A stretch of 64,000 nt of DNA from an uncultured bacterium (GCA_963717435.1 OY970332.1:1056001-1120000); one strand, 5' to 3'; positions 39,451 through 49,867 are shown, counted from the stretch's first letter. Translations and numbers: made by a program. The notes: generated by a model not told the origin, from the letters alone.

Positions 39451-40866
39451 TTAAGTTGGCATCTGCAACGTTGTCCACGGCGCGGTCACACTTGCGCTCG
39501 TTATCGATGTTGTAGCCGTAACAGCACCGGCATTCACCCCCGATGTCTGATTTGCACCCGTTGTTCCATTAAATGCACAAGTTGTCCTCAAATATGCATT
39601 ACTTGACCCTGAAGCGGCAAAACGAATTCCATACGAGTTTGCCGCACTGCTTCCGGTATTTCCAATAAACTCACAATCTTTAATTTCATTAGTGTTAACT
39701 GTTCCACTAAACAAATACATACCTGCTGCGGTAGCATTTGTAGTCGTGCTCAAATTATAATTTGCTACACAACGCAAGAAGACATTCCCTACAGAAGATT
39801 GAACGAGGAATCCAACCACTAGAGACCCACTCGCGCCTGAAACTATTGAAAAATTATTGGAAGCGACACAATCCATAAAAACACTAGCATTCGCACCGTT
39901 AACAAGGAATCCAAACGTATTAAGCGCACCAGTATTTGAAGTAGAGTTATTGCCATTTGCTATACAAGCTATGAATGTGTTTGTTATTCCGGGCGTTGAA
40001 AAGCCTACACATTCGGCATTAGCCGAATTATTTAAAGCCTGGCAATTTTTAAATACGTTATATTCAGAATTTGCTGATGTCTGAAAGCCTATAAAGAAGG
40101 AGCTGGCGCTCGCCGCTGGAACCATATTATTTCTTGCTATGCAATCAACAAAATAGTTTCCTATAAGTTCCGCAGCAACTGAATTAAAATATACTCCGTA
40201 CATTTGGTGCGCAGTTGAAATCGAATTAGAGTTAATATCTAATCTTACAAAGCTGCAATAGCTTGAATCTGTGAGAGTCACTATACCAAAATTGGTTGAT
40301 GTAGTAGCCCCGCCATTTGTGCTGAACACGCAATCTGAGACAAGTATTCTTGCGCAATTGGATAAACTCAAAACAAAATCTGCAGTTGTTGCCGTACTGC
40401 TGTTAATTATTTTGCAATTGGTTATCGAAGACTCTGTTATATTTGTACCGCCCCTTATAGTTGAAGTTCCATTGAAATCTATTCCACGAACCTGGCAGCC
40501 ATCGATAATTAAATTCTGCAAATATAGATTATTGCACCCGGCGTTGGCGACAATTCCAGACTGTGTAAAATTTTTTATATAGCCATTAGATATTTTAACA
40601 TCCCCAACACCAGCATCTATCTGGATCCCATTGCAGCTTGCTGTTGCGCTACTTTGATAGATAACTCTTCCATTAAGATCAAGATTTACATAACTTGATT
40701 GGATTCTAATTGTCCCGTTTGTTGCATCACCAGTTGAAAAAATATCGTCATCTAAAATATAGTTTCCCGAAGTTGTGATTAACCAATCAACTGATTTAAT
40801 TTTAAAACTGTAAGACAAAAATAAAATTAATATTAAAAACCCATATGCTAACTTTTTGCTGTACAT
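39451..40866 (-). CDS. Secreted right-handed beta-helix protein (paralog)
   Basis: As 36847-38217. Confidence 0.8.
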   Translation of the reverse strand: MYSKKLAYGFLILILFLSYSFKIKSVDWLITTSGNYILDDDIFSTGDATNGTIRIQSSYVNLDLNGRVIYQSSATASCNGIQIDAGVGDVKISNGYIKNFTQSGIVANAGCNNLYLQNLIIDGCQVRGIDFNGTSTIRGGTNITESSITNCKIINSSTATTADFVLSLSNCARILVSDCVFSTNGGATTSTNFGIVTLTDSSYCSFVRLDINSNSISTAHQMYGVYFNSVAAELIGNYFVDCIARNNMVPAASASSFFIGFQTSANSEYNVFKNCQALNNSANAECVGFSTPGITNTFIACIANGNNSTSNTGALNTFGFLVNGANASVFMDCVASNNFSIVSGASGSLVVGFLVQSSVGNVFLRCVANYNLSTTTNATAAGMYLFSGTVNTNEIKDCEFIGNTGSSAANSYGIRFAASGSSNAYLRTTCAFNGTTGANQTSGVNAGAVTATTSITSASVTAPWTTLQMPT

Positions 40867-40945
40867 TACTATCGCCTTTTTTTTACTTTATTACTTCACC
40901 CAATATGTATAAAATTTAATTTATTTTGTAAATAATAAAAAATTT

Positions 40946-42772
40946 TTAACTCGCTATTCTCAAATTTGTCCATGGAGACATAGCGCTACTTACCCTTGAC
41001 GAAGGAGACACGCCACCGCCACCACCAGGTGTCATCATTGAACCTACTGGCAAGCCAAACAATTGATTTGCAATCAATGGCGTTGTTACGCCATTTGCAT
41101 ATGAAATATTCTGGGTAAAAATATTATTACTATTTAGTGTATAAATTCCATACGAGTTGGCATCCACCGTTGCTGCATTTTGGCTAACCATGCAACCTGA
41201 AATCACATTGCTTGATGAACTGGCATCTAAGTATATGCCGTAAGCCTGCTGCAGCGACGTGGCTGCCGTATTACTTTTTATTACGCAATTCGATATATTA
41301 TTTCCCGTGCTATTAGCTGCACCGGAACTGAGGTATATACCAATAAAAACTTGACCTTGTGCAGTATTTGATTCGATTCTGCAGGACGTAATATCGTTTG
41401 CTTGTGCCTGCGCTATTTGGATCCCATAGAAGGTTGTTGTATGCAGATTACCTGATATCAAACAATCACTAATGAAATTACTATAGCTGAGTGTACCTAC
41501 CACAACAAGGCCGGGGCTAAGACGTTGATTATTTGTAATTAAACATCTTAAGACTGAATTTAATGCTGAGGCTGAAATATAAAAAGCATTTAAAAAACAT
41601 GTATTTCCGCTAATCACGCAATCTTCAAATACATTACCTGCTGTCAGGCCCGACGAAGCAGGGGAAGCTGAACTATTCCCAATTAAAGATACAAATGCTC
41701 CCGATGATGAAGAAGTAGCAATGTTTCCCTGAGCCACACAGTTCCTGACAAAATTATTAGAGCTGTATTGAAGGTTAAAACAAGTAAAATCGACAGGAAC
41801 AGTATTGCCAAGAAATTGACAATTTTCAATAAAATTTTGGCTACAGGTATTAGCAGACAGAGAATTCAGCGCTATCCCGTAAGATACGCCTGCGTTGATG
41901 AGATTATTTCTAATTGAGACATCTGAGATAATATTATTAGAGCAAAGTGATGATACAGTTGTAAGCTGTATGGCATACAGATTACCAGTTGAGCCACCTC
42001 CCGTGTTTTCACTTATATCAATATTTTTTAAAGAACAAGAATTTGAGTCTGTTAAGCCTATAAATGAAAAGCTACTGCTGTTTGTAGTATTATTATTAAA
42101 CGTGCAACCTGAAACAAGAACTGATTGGCAGTTTGAAAGATTTATGCCAAAATCTGAAGAGGCATTGGAAAAACAGCCTATAAAGTTGCAGTTATTGATT
42201 TGCGAAGCCGTTATATTTGACCCACCCGTTCCGGTAAAAGTACCAGAAAAATCTATACCCCGTGTCTGGCAATTTGCAAAATCAAGATTTTGCAAAGTAA
42301 TCACACTACAACCTGCCTGAGCTAATACGCCAGCACGGGTAAAGCCAAGTAGCGTCCCGTTTTGTATCGTTACGTTTGTAACACCGGGCGCAATTACGAT
42401 TCCGTTACAACTTGCTGTCGCCGTTGTCTGGATCACTGAATATTCGTTCAGGTCCAATGTAACATAACTTGCCTGAATCAAGATCGTTCCGTTAGGATCG
42501 CCGCTTGATGTAATATTTGTTCCAAGTTCGTAGTTACCGGAATGCGTAATTAAAAAATCTGTCGTATGCGTTGTGTTAAAAAAAGATATTAAAAAAAATA
42601 AGCTTAAAATTAATTTATTAAATTCTTTTGCCCGCATCCCTCGATACACCCTTCGGGCACTCCCAGGCTTCGTGCAAGACTTCGCCGGGCGCGGGGGGAG
42701 GAGCGGCTTTTGGGAATTATTTTTTTGAGTTTTAACCACCTTGATAAACTTATTAATTGTTTTGCAAATCAT
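40946..42772 (-). CDS. Secreted right-handed beta-helix protein with repeat-derived N-terminal insert
   Basis: ITHSGNY.L, VTLDLN, C.I..N repeats; AAGGA RBS before 42772. Confidence 0.8.
   Translation of the reverse strand: MICKTINKFIKVVKTQKNNSQKPLLPPRPAKSCTKPGSARRVYRGMRAKEFNKLILSLFFLISFFNTTHTTDFLITHSGNYELGTNITSSGDPNGTILIQASYVTLDLNEYSVIQTTATASCNGIVIAPGVTNVTIQNGTLLGFTRAGVLAQAGCSVITLQNLDFANCQTRGIDFSGTFTGTGGSNITASQINNCNFIGCFSNASSDFGINLSNCQSVLVSGCTFNNNTTNSSSFSFIGLTDSNSCSLKNIDISENTGGGSTGNLYAIQLTTVSSLCSNNIISDVSIRNNLINAGVSYGIALNSLSANTCSQNFIENCQFLGNTVPVDFTCFNLQYSSNNFVRNCVAQGNIATSSSSGAFVSLIGNSSASPASSGLTAGNVFEDCVISGNTCFLNAFYISASALNSVLRCLITNNQRLSPGLVVVGTLSYSNFISDCLISGNLHTTTFYGIQIAQAQANDITSCRIESNTAQGQVFIGIYLSSGAANSTGNNISNCVIKSNTAATSLQQAYGIYLDASSSSNVISGCMVSQNAATVDANSYGIYTLNSNNIFTQNISYANGVTTPLIANQLFGLPVGSMMTPGGGGGVSPSSRVSSAMSPWTNLRIAS
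42631..42706 (-). repeat. Structured palindromic repeat variant in the 5' end of the CDS
   Basis: catccctcgatacac-ccttcggg-cactc-[ccaggcttcgtgcaagacttcgccggg..]-gggaggagcgg. Confidence 0.85.
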
Positions 42773-42779
42773 TAATTAG

Positions 42780-42908
42780 TCATCCTTTTTTTGATTTATA
42801 TCTTCCTGACTGACTCGGGCAAATTTTGCCAACCTTCTTTGGAGCGGGTTTTTTATTTTTCCCCGCTCCTGCGCATATCATATTCAACTTTTTTACGAGC
42901 TTCAACAT
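42780..42908 (-). CDS. Possible 42-aa basic small protein
   Basis: aaggga RBS + ATG, MLKLVKKLNMICAGAGKNKKPAPKKVGKICPSQSGRYKSKKG; fills the gap in a co-oriented cluster. Confidence 0.3.
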   Translation of the reverse strand: MLKLVKKLNMICAGAGKNKKPAPKKVGKICPSQSGRYKSKKG

Positions 42909-42918
42909 ATAATCCCTT

Positions 42919-45900
42919 TTAATTAACCGAAATATTTGTCCATGGAGCTGTAACTGCATTTAGGTTCGATATGTCTGTGGATATAGAGGTTGATCCTGAA
43001 ATAAATTGGCTGTATGGATTTGTGTTTTTTGTCGCAATGTTTTGAACAAATGCCGCAATTGTCGCGTTATTTGGCTCTATACGATATCCATAATCATTTC
43101 TTGAAGCTTGGCAGTTTCTTACAGTGTTATTTGCTCCATTCGCGTTTCTTATACCCACTGAACTTGCGGTTACACCAGCATTTGCCGTCTGACCCAATGC
43201 AATACAGTTATACAACAACGAATCGTTACATGTATTTAAATCGAAACCAAATGCACCAAATAGTCCCGCGGTACTTGATGTTGCATTATTACTATCAGCA
43301 AAGCAACTTATACAAGAGAGCCTTATGGCATTATTGAAACTGAAACCATAAGCAATTGCAGATGCAGATGCACCAGTTGATATGTTATTTACGGCCCGCG
43401 AATTTATAAATAAGTTGTCATTACAGTTTGCATTCACCAAGAACCCGTATGCCGTTGTCGTTCCACTATTTATGCCAGCAGTACAAGTATCGAATGTATT
43501 ACATGTGGAAGATGAAACTAAATCGAAACCGTATATGGAACCGTTTGCTACCGTATTTGATCTTGCCGTGCAATATTTGAATGAACTGTTTGTTACAGCA
43601 TTCATTAAGAAGCCAGAGCTTCCCGAGTTGTCGCACGCGTCAACAACAAGCATATCCACTTTAACTGAGTTATTAACACTTACTACTGTTAGGGTTAATG
43701 CATTTGAAGTCAGACCGTTTAGATTAACGCGACAGGTATTGATTTTCAAATCAGAAGCATAGTTAATAAACAGTGGGCTATTTGCACCGTTGGCTGTTGA
43801 ACAAGAGAAAATATCGCAATTGTTAATTAGACCCTCGTTCAATGTACCAGTTCCGGACGTACCATTAAGGGCGATTCCACCAGTTGCGCAAGATGTTATT
43901 GTTGTGGCCAAAATCTTATAGCGATCAACGTTTGACTGCAGCGTCAAACCTGTTCCTGTAAATCCATTAATTCTGCCACCCGTTACTATAACATCGGTGT
44001 AATTTGAGCTAACAACAACACCATTAACGCCCGTGCTTGCATTTGTTTGTCTTAAGGTGAAGCATGAAAGATCGAGTGTCACATACGAAGAGTTTATTGT
44101 TATCGCTGTTGTGTTATTTGCGCCAGTAAATGATATATCTGAACCCAATCTATAGACGCCCGAAGTTGTTATCACGTACGGAGTTGAACCTGAACCAAAA
44201 TTTGCTTGGGTTATTATTGTCGCCGCGCACTCATCCGCATTTAATGTTGCAAGTATTGTCCAGGTTGCCGCAAAGTCGTTTACTACTATAGTTTGTAAAG
44301 CTGCAATACTTGTAAATGTATTTAAAACGTTTGTATTTATTGTATTTAATACTGTGAATGTATTTGCGGTGCTTATATTTGCTATCGCCGTGAAAGTATT
44401 TAGCACGTTCGTGTTTATTGTCGCCAGTATCGTCCACGTATTATTAAAGTCTTGCTGAGTTTGCGCACAACACGCTGTCACTGAGTTTTTCAAGTCAGCG
44501 ATTGCTGTAAATGTATTTAGCACGTTGGTGTTTATTGTATTTAATACCGTAAATGTTGCCGCATTGCTTAGATTTGCGAGAATCGTCCACGTTGCTGCAA
44601 AGTCTGAAATTATTGTGTTATTGATAGCCGAAAGTATCGTCCATGTGCTATTGAAATCGTTAACAACTGTATTTTGCAGAGTTGCAATACTTGTGAAAGT
44701 ATTTAGCACGTTGGTATTTATTGTCGCCAATATTGTCCATGTATTATTAAAGTCTTGCTGCGTTTGCGCACAACATGCTGTCACAGTGTTTTGTAATTCT
44801 GCAATTGCTGTAAATGTATTTACGCTGCTTATATTTGCAAGTATCGTCCATGTGCTATTGAAATCGTTAACAACTGTATTTTGCAGAGTTGCGATACTCG
44901 TGAAAGTATTTAGCACGTTGGTATTTATTGTCGCCAATATTGTCCATGTATTATTAAAGTCTTGCTGCGTTTGCGCACAACACGCTGTCACTGAATTTTT
45001 CAAGTCAGCGATTGCTGTAAATGTATTTACGCTGCTTATATTTGCAAGTATCGTCCATGTGCTATTGAAATCGTTAACAACTGTATTTTGCAGAGTTGCG
45101 ATACTCGTGAAAGTATTTAGCACGTTGGTATTTATTGTCGCCAGTATTGTCCATGTATTATTAAAGTCTTGCTGCGTTTGCGCACAACACGCTGTCACTG
45201 AATTTTTTAAATCTGCGATTGCTGTAAATGTATTTACGCTGCTTATATTTGCAAGTATTGTCCATGTGCTATTAAAGTCTGAAACTATCGTGTTTTCGAT
45301 AGCAGCTAATATTGTCCAAGTACTATTGAAATCGTTAACAACTGTATTTTGCAGATTCGCAATACTCGTGAAAGTATTTAGCACGTTGGTATTTATTGTC
45401 GCCAATATTGTCCATGTATTATTAAAGTCTTGCTGTGTTTGCGCACAACATGCTGTCACAGTGTTTTGTAATTCTGCAATTGCTGTAAATGTATTTACGC
45501 TGCTTATATTTGCAAGTATCGTCCATGTGCTATTAAAGTCTGAAACTATCGTGTTTAATATATTTGCTTCTATTGTCCAAGTACTATTGAAATCGTTAAC
45601 AACTGTATTTTGCAGATTCGCAATACTCGTGAAAGTATTTAGCACGTTCGTGTTTATTGTCGCCAATATTGTCCATGTATTATCAAAATCCTGCTGGGTT
45701 TGGGCACAACATGCTGTTAACGTGTTCTGTAATTCTGCAATTGCTGTAAATGTATTTACGCTGCTTATATTTGCAAGTATCGTCCATGTGCTATTAAAGT
45801 CTGAAACTATCGTGTTTAATATATTTGCTTCTATTGTCCAAGTACTATTGAAATCGTTAACAACTGTATTTTGCAGATTCGCAATACTCGTGAAAGTATT

Positions 45901-48471
45901 TAGCACGTTCGTGTTTATTGTCGCCAATATTGTCCATGTATTATCAAAATCCTGCTGAGTTTGCGCACAACATGCTGTTAACGTGTTTTGCAACTCTGCG
46001 ATTGCTGTAAATGTATTTACGCTGCTTATATTTGCAAGTATCGTCCATGTGCTATTAAAGTCGTTAACAACTGTATTTTGCAACTCTGCGATACTCGTGA
46101 AAGTATTTAGCACATTGGTATTTATTGTCGCCAATATTGTCCATGTATTATCAAAATCCTGCTGCGTTTGCGCACAACATGCTGTTAACGTGTTCTGTAA
46201 TTCTGCAATTGCCGTAAACGTACCCGACAGGTCCACAACGGCTGTTGTCGTTGATATTGAAGCTTGTATCTGTGCTAATATTGTCCAGGTATTATTAAAG
46301 TCTTGCTGGGTTTGTGCACAACATGCTGTCACCGTCTCTTGTAACTCTGCAATCGCCGTAAATGTATTTAACACGTTTACATTTATCGTATTTAATACGG
46401 TAAATGTAGAACCCACTGACAGGTTATTTATCTCGTTACTTATAGCTGCAAGTATTGTCCATGTATTATTAAAGTCTTGTTGAGTTTGTTCACAACATGC
46501 TGTTACTGTGTTTTGTAACTCTGCAATTGCTGTAAATGTATTTAACACGTTTACATTTATCGTGTTCAATACTGTAAATGTCGAACCTATTGATAGGTTA
46601 TTTATCTCATTACTTATAGCTGCAAGTATTGTCCATGTATTATTAAAGTCTTGTTGAGTTTGTGCACAACATGCTGTTACCGTGTTTTGCAACTCTGCAA
46701 TTGCTGTAAATGTGCCCGATAGGTCCACAACTGCTGTTGTTGTTGATATTGAAGACTGTATCTGTGCAAGTATTGTCCATGTACTATTAAAATCCGTAAC
46801 TATCGTATTTTCGATCGCAGCTAATATTGTCCAAGTAGCATTGAAGTCGCTTTGTGTCTGAGCGCAACATGCCGTTACAGTGTTTTGTAATTCTGCAATT
46901 GCTGTAAACGTACCCGACAAATCTACGACAGCTGTTGTTGTTGCTATCGAAGATTGTATATGTGCAAGTATCGTCCATGTACTATTAAAATCTGTAACTA
47001 TCGTATTTTCAATCGCAGCTAATATTGTCCAGGTATTATCAAAATCTTGTTGCGTTTGGGCACAACATGCTGTCACCGTGTTTTGCAACTCCGCAATTGC
47101 TGTAAATGTATTCACGCTGCTTATATTTGCAAGTATCGTCCATGTGCTATTAAAATCCGTAACTATCGTGTTTTCAATCGCAGCCAATATCGTCCAGGTA
47201 TTATCAAAATCTTGCTGAGTTTGAGCACAACATGCTGTCACCGTGTTTTGCAACTCCGCAATTGCTGTAAATGTATTCACGCTGCTTATATTTGCAAGTA
47301 TCGTCCATGTGCTATTAAAATCCGTAATTATCGTGTTTTCAATCGCAGCCAGTATCGTCCAGGTATTATCAAAATCTTGCTGAGTTTGAGCACAACATGC
47401 CGTCAGCGTATTTTGTAACTCCGCAATTGCTGTAAATGTGGCATCAAATTGTGCACCAAATGTTATAACTATAGTCGGTGTTGTTAAAGTTGATAAAATC
47501 TCATTTAAGAGAGAAAACGTTGTATTAAAATTATTTTGAGTTTGAACGCAACATGTTGTTACAGTATTTGTAAGATCAGCTAAAATTGTAAATGTGCTAT
47601 TAAATTCTGTTGTTACTAAAGCAATTAAAGTATTTAATAACCCTATTATTGTACTTATTCCCTGGCATTGGGTTGAACTTATTGATGCCTGAATATTTAA
47701 AAGCAGCGCCAAAATATCAACGCCACCAACACAAAATTTTCCATTAACAACTAAATTGCCGCAAATTCTTAAAGAGTCATTAATTATTAATGCGCCAAGT
47801 CTTTTTATTTTGGCACCGCGTCTTGTTGCCGCCAAATCATCTGATGTTGAAATAGAGTTTTTATTAACTTCGTTTTGATATTCTTCTAATTTTGCCTGAA
47901 TACTCTTTAAATCTTGAATTAAGTTTTTCGCATCTTCTGAAGATAACCCGTTATCAAAAACCGCAGAGCCTACAGATTCATTGGATTCACCATATCTCTG
48001 ATGCATACTTTCGGTAAACTTTAAGCAACAATCTGATATTGTCTTTTCAATTAAAGAAATCTGATTTTCAAGTGGACTCAGGTCATACACAGACGCTATA
48101 GAATATGACATGTTCCTAAATTCAGATGGATCCATTTGGTGCACATTTGATATATAATCTACGGCGCCTTCTGGGTATTCATTTTTGAGCTCTTTATAAG
48201 ATTCCAGATCACGGGTTAATTTTTCCAGAGCACCATTATCTCTTGCCGCTCTTTCTATTGCTTGCGCAAGTTGGGCCATCTTTTCTTCATCGCCTAACTG
48301 GCCACTTTCAGAAAAATTATCTTCACAAAATTCGGTTATTAAATCTAGCGGACGCCCGTGAGATAAGCCAAACGGATCAGAATTTTCTGGACAAAAACTA
48401 TTGAACCAAAAAACAGAAATAAAAAATATAAGATAAACAGACAACTTGAAATGCTTCTTACGTATATTCAT
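42919..48471 (-). CDS. Giant secreted fibre-like protein: Cys-Cys coiled-coil repeats + C-terminal beta-helix
   Basis: ~16x TFTAIAELQNTVTACCAQTQQDFNNTWTILA; ITTSGVYRL/VTLDL beta-helix head. Confidence 0.85.
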   Translation of the reverse strand: MNIRKKHFKLSVYLIFFISVFWFNSFCPENSDPFGLSHGRPLDLITEFCEDNFSESGQLGDEEKMAQLAQAIERAARDNGALEKLTRDLESYKELKNEYPEGAVDYISNVHQMDPSEFRNMSYSIASVYDLSPLENQISLIEKTISDCCLKFTESMHQRYGESNESVGSAVFDNGLSSEDAKNLIQDLKSIQAKLEEYQNEVNKNSISTSDDLAATRRGAKIKRLGALIINDSLRICGNLVVNGKFCVGGVDILALLLNIQASISSTQCQGISTIIGLLNTLIALVTTEFNSTFTILADLTNTVTTCCVQTQNNFNTTFSLLNEILSTLTTPTIVITFGAQFDATFTAIAELQNTLTACCAQTQQDFDNTWTILAAIENTIITDFNSTWTILANISSVNTFTAIAELQNTVTACCAQTQQDFDNTWTILAAIENTIVTDFNSTWTILANISSVNTFTAIAELQNTVTACCAQTQQDFDNTWTILAAIENTIVTDFNSTWTILAHIQSSIATTTAVVDLSGTFTAIAELQNTVTACCAQTQSDFNATWTILAAIENTIVTDFNSTWTILAQIQSSISTTTAVVDLSGTFTAIAELQNTVTACCAQTQQDFNNTWTILAAISNEINNLSIGSTFTVLNTINVNVLNTFTAIAELQNTVTACCEQTQQDFNNTWTILAAISNEINNLSVGSTFTVLNTINVNVLNTFTAIAELQETVTACCAQTQQDFNNTWTILAQIQASISTTTAVVDLSGTFTAIAELQNTLTACCAQTQQDFDNTWTILATINTNVLNTFTSIAELQNTVVNDFNSTWTILANISSVNTFTAIAELQNTLTACCAQTQQDFDNTWTILATINTNVLNTFTSIANLQNTVVNDFNSTWTIEANILNTIVSDFNSTWTILANISSVNTFTAIAELQNTLTACCAQTQQDFDNTWTILATINTNVLNTFTSIANLQNTVVNDFNSTWTIEANILNTIVSDFNSTWTILANISSVNTFTAIAELQNTVTACCAQTQQDFNNTWTILATINTNVLNTFTSIANLQNTVVNDFNSTWTILAAIENTIVSDFNSTWTILANISSVNTFTAIADLKNSVTACCAQTQQDFNNTWTILATINTNVLNTFTSIATLQNTVVNDFNSTWTILANISSVNTFTAIADLKNSVTACCAQTQQDFNNTWTILATINTNVLNTFTSIATLQNTVVNDFNSTWTILANISSVNTFTAIAELQNTVTACCAQTQQDFNNTWTILATINTNVLNTFTSIATLQNTVVNDFNSTWTILSAINNTIISDFAATWTILANLSNAATFTVLNTINTNVLNTFTAIADLKNSVTACCAQTQQDFNNTWTILATINTNVLNTFTAIANISTANTFTVLNTINTNVLNTFTSIAALQTIVVNDFAATWTILATLNADECAATIITQANFGSGSTPYVITTSGVYRLGSDISFTGANNTTAITINSSYVTLDLSCFTLRQTNASTGVNGVVVSSNYTDVIVTGGRINGFTGTGLTLQSNVDRYKILATTITSCATGGIALNGTSGTGTLNEGLINNCDIFSCSTANGANSPLFINYASDLKINTCRVNLNGLTSNALTLTVVSVNNSVKVDMLVVDACDNSGSSGFLMNAVTNSSFKYCTARSNTVANGSIYGFDLVSSSTCNTFDTCTAGINSGTTTAYGFLVNANCNDNLFINSRAVNNISTGASASAIAYGFSFNNAIRLSCISCFADSNNATSSTAGLFGAFGFDLNTCNDSLLYNCIALGQTANAGVTASSVGIRNANGANNTVRNCQASRNDYGYRIEPNNATIAAFVQNIATKNTNPYSQFISGSTSISTDISNLNAVTAPWTNISVN
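44230..47620 (-). repeat. Modular coding repeat array
   Basis: Long near-exact internal DNA repeats. Confidence 0.9.
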
Positions 48472-48694
48472 ATGCTCGCCCTTTTTTTACTACTCTAATT
48501 CACGATACCAAACTTTTAGCAAAAAACAACAGTTGTTTTATAAAAAAAAATTTATCTATGTTGACACCACTTTTTTTGATTTGATAACGTAAATTCTGAA
48601 AACAAAAACTTATTCAGAACAACTTAGCATAAGTATTAAAACTTTGGTGGGCATAATACAATAATATTCAAAAAAAATTTAGAAAGTTAAGATC

Positions 48695-49867
48695 ATGCAA
48701 AATGTAAAAGATAATAAAATAGTTATAATTTTCACAAGTGTTATATACATATTAATTATTATTGGGCTAATATTTATCTACTCTTCAAGCTCTGTATTTG
48801 CACTTGAAAAACTTGGAAGCGCAAATTTTTTTGTAAAAAAACAGCTGGCCGGGATTATTTTGGGATCAATTGGTCTATTTGCTTTAAGATTTATCCCAAT
48901 TAAATTTATTTACAAATTAACGCCAGTAATTTTTATCTGTTCAATAATTTTAACATTATTGTCTATGACCAAATTTTTTGGGCAAACAATACATGGTTCA
49001 AGCAGATGGATAAATATTGGGGGAATCGGGTTTCAACCAAGCGAACTTTTAAAAATAAGCTTTATTTTATACGCAGCATATTTTATTGAAAAAAAAGGGA
49101 ACAAAATTAGAACCCTCTCAAAGGGATATGTCCCTTTTTTGGTCGTATTAGGATTAATATCTCTTATACTTTTAAAGCAGCCTGATTTTGGACAAACAAT
49201 CACAATAACCTCTACGGGGATAATTTTATTGTTTTTGGCAGGATGCAAAATAAAACATATTTTATTTACTTTGCTGGCAACAACGCCGATTTTAATTACT
49301 CTTATTACATTAAAGGCTTATAGATTAAAAAGAATATTAACATTTATGAATCCTTGGAACGATCCGCAAGGTTCTGGGTTTCAAATTATTCAGTCTTTAA
49401 TAGCGGTCGGCTCCGGAAATTTTTGGGGTGTTGGAATAGCAAACTCTAAACAAAAGTTTTTTTACTTGCCCATGCAACACACAGATTTTGTATTTTCTAT
49501 AATTGCCGAAGAAACAGGCTTTTTGGGCTGCTTATTATTAGTACTACTATATATGATATTAATATACTCAGGTTTTGCGTTAGCTTCTAAAACAGAAAAT
49601 CTTTTTTGTAGATTTACAATATTGGGCTTCACAATTTTAACTGGACTTCAAAGCATGATAAATATTTTTGTTGCCACAGGACTTGCGCCCACCAAAGGTA
49701 TAGGTCTACCCTTTGTAAGTTATGGAATGTCATCAATAACATGTAACTTATTAATGGTGGGCATAATTATAAACTGTTTTCTTAATGAAAAAGAAATTGA
49801 AGAAGCAAAACTTACTTCTTCCAATTCATTATCAAATCAACGAGCAACCTTACACCAAACGCTGTAG
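48695..49867 (+). CDS. ftsW: SEDS peptidoglycan polymerase FtsW
   Basis: GSSRWI, FQPSELLK, QPDFG, GFQIIQS, LPMQHTDF, LPFVSYG. Confidence 0.92.
   Translation: MQNVKDNKIVIIFTSVIYILIIIGLIFIYSSSSVFALEKLGSANFFVKKQLAGIILGSIGLFALRFIPIKFIYKLTPVIFICSIILTLLSMTKFFGQTIHGSSRWINIGGIGFQPSELLKISFILYAAYFIEKKGNKIRTLSKGYVPFLVVLGLISLILLKQPDFGQTITITSTGIILLFLAGCKIKHILFTLLATTPILITLITLKAYRLKRILTFMNPWNDPQGSGFQIIQSLIAVGSGNFWGVGIANSKQKFFYLPMQHTDFVFSIIAEETGFLGCLLLVLLYMILIYSGFALASKTENLFCRFTILGFTILTGLQSMINIFVATGLAPTKGIGLPFVSYGMSSITCNLLMVGIIINCFLNEKEIEEAKLTSSNSLSNQRATLHQTL

Noticed and set aside
43014-47418. Plus-strand ORFs (up to 477 aa) opposite the giant gene
   Set aside because: Antisense shadows of the repeat array.
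49812-49867. 56-bp convergent overlap of ftsW and pepA
   Set aside because: Ordinary tail overlap in a compact genome.
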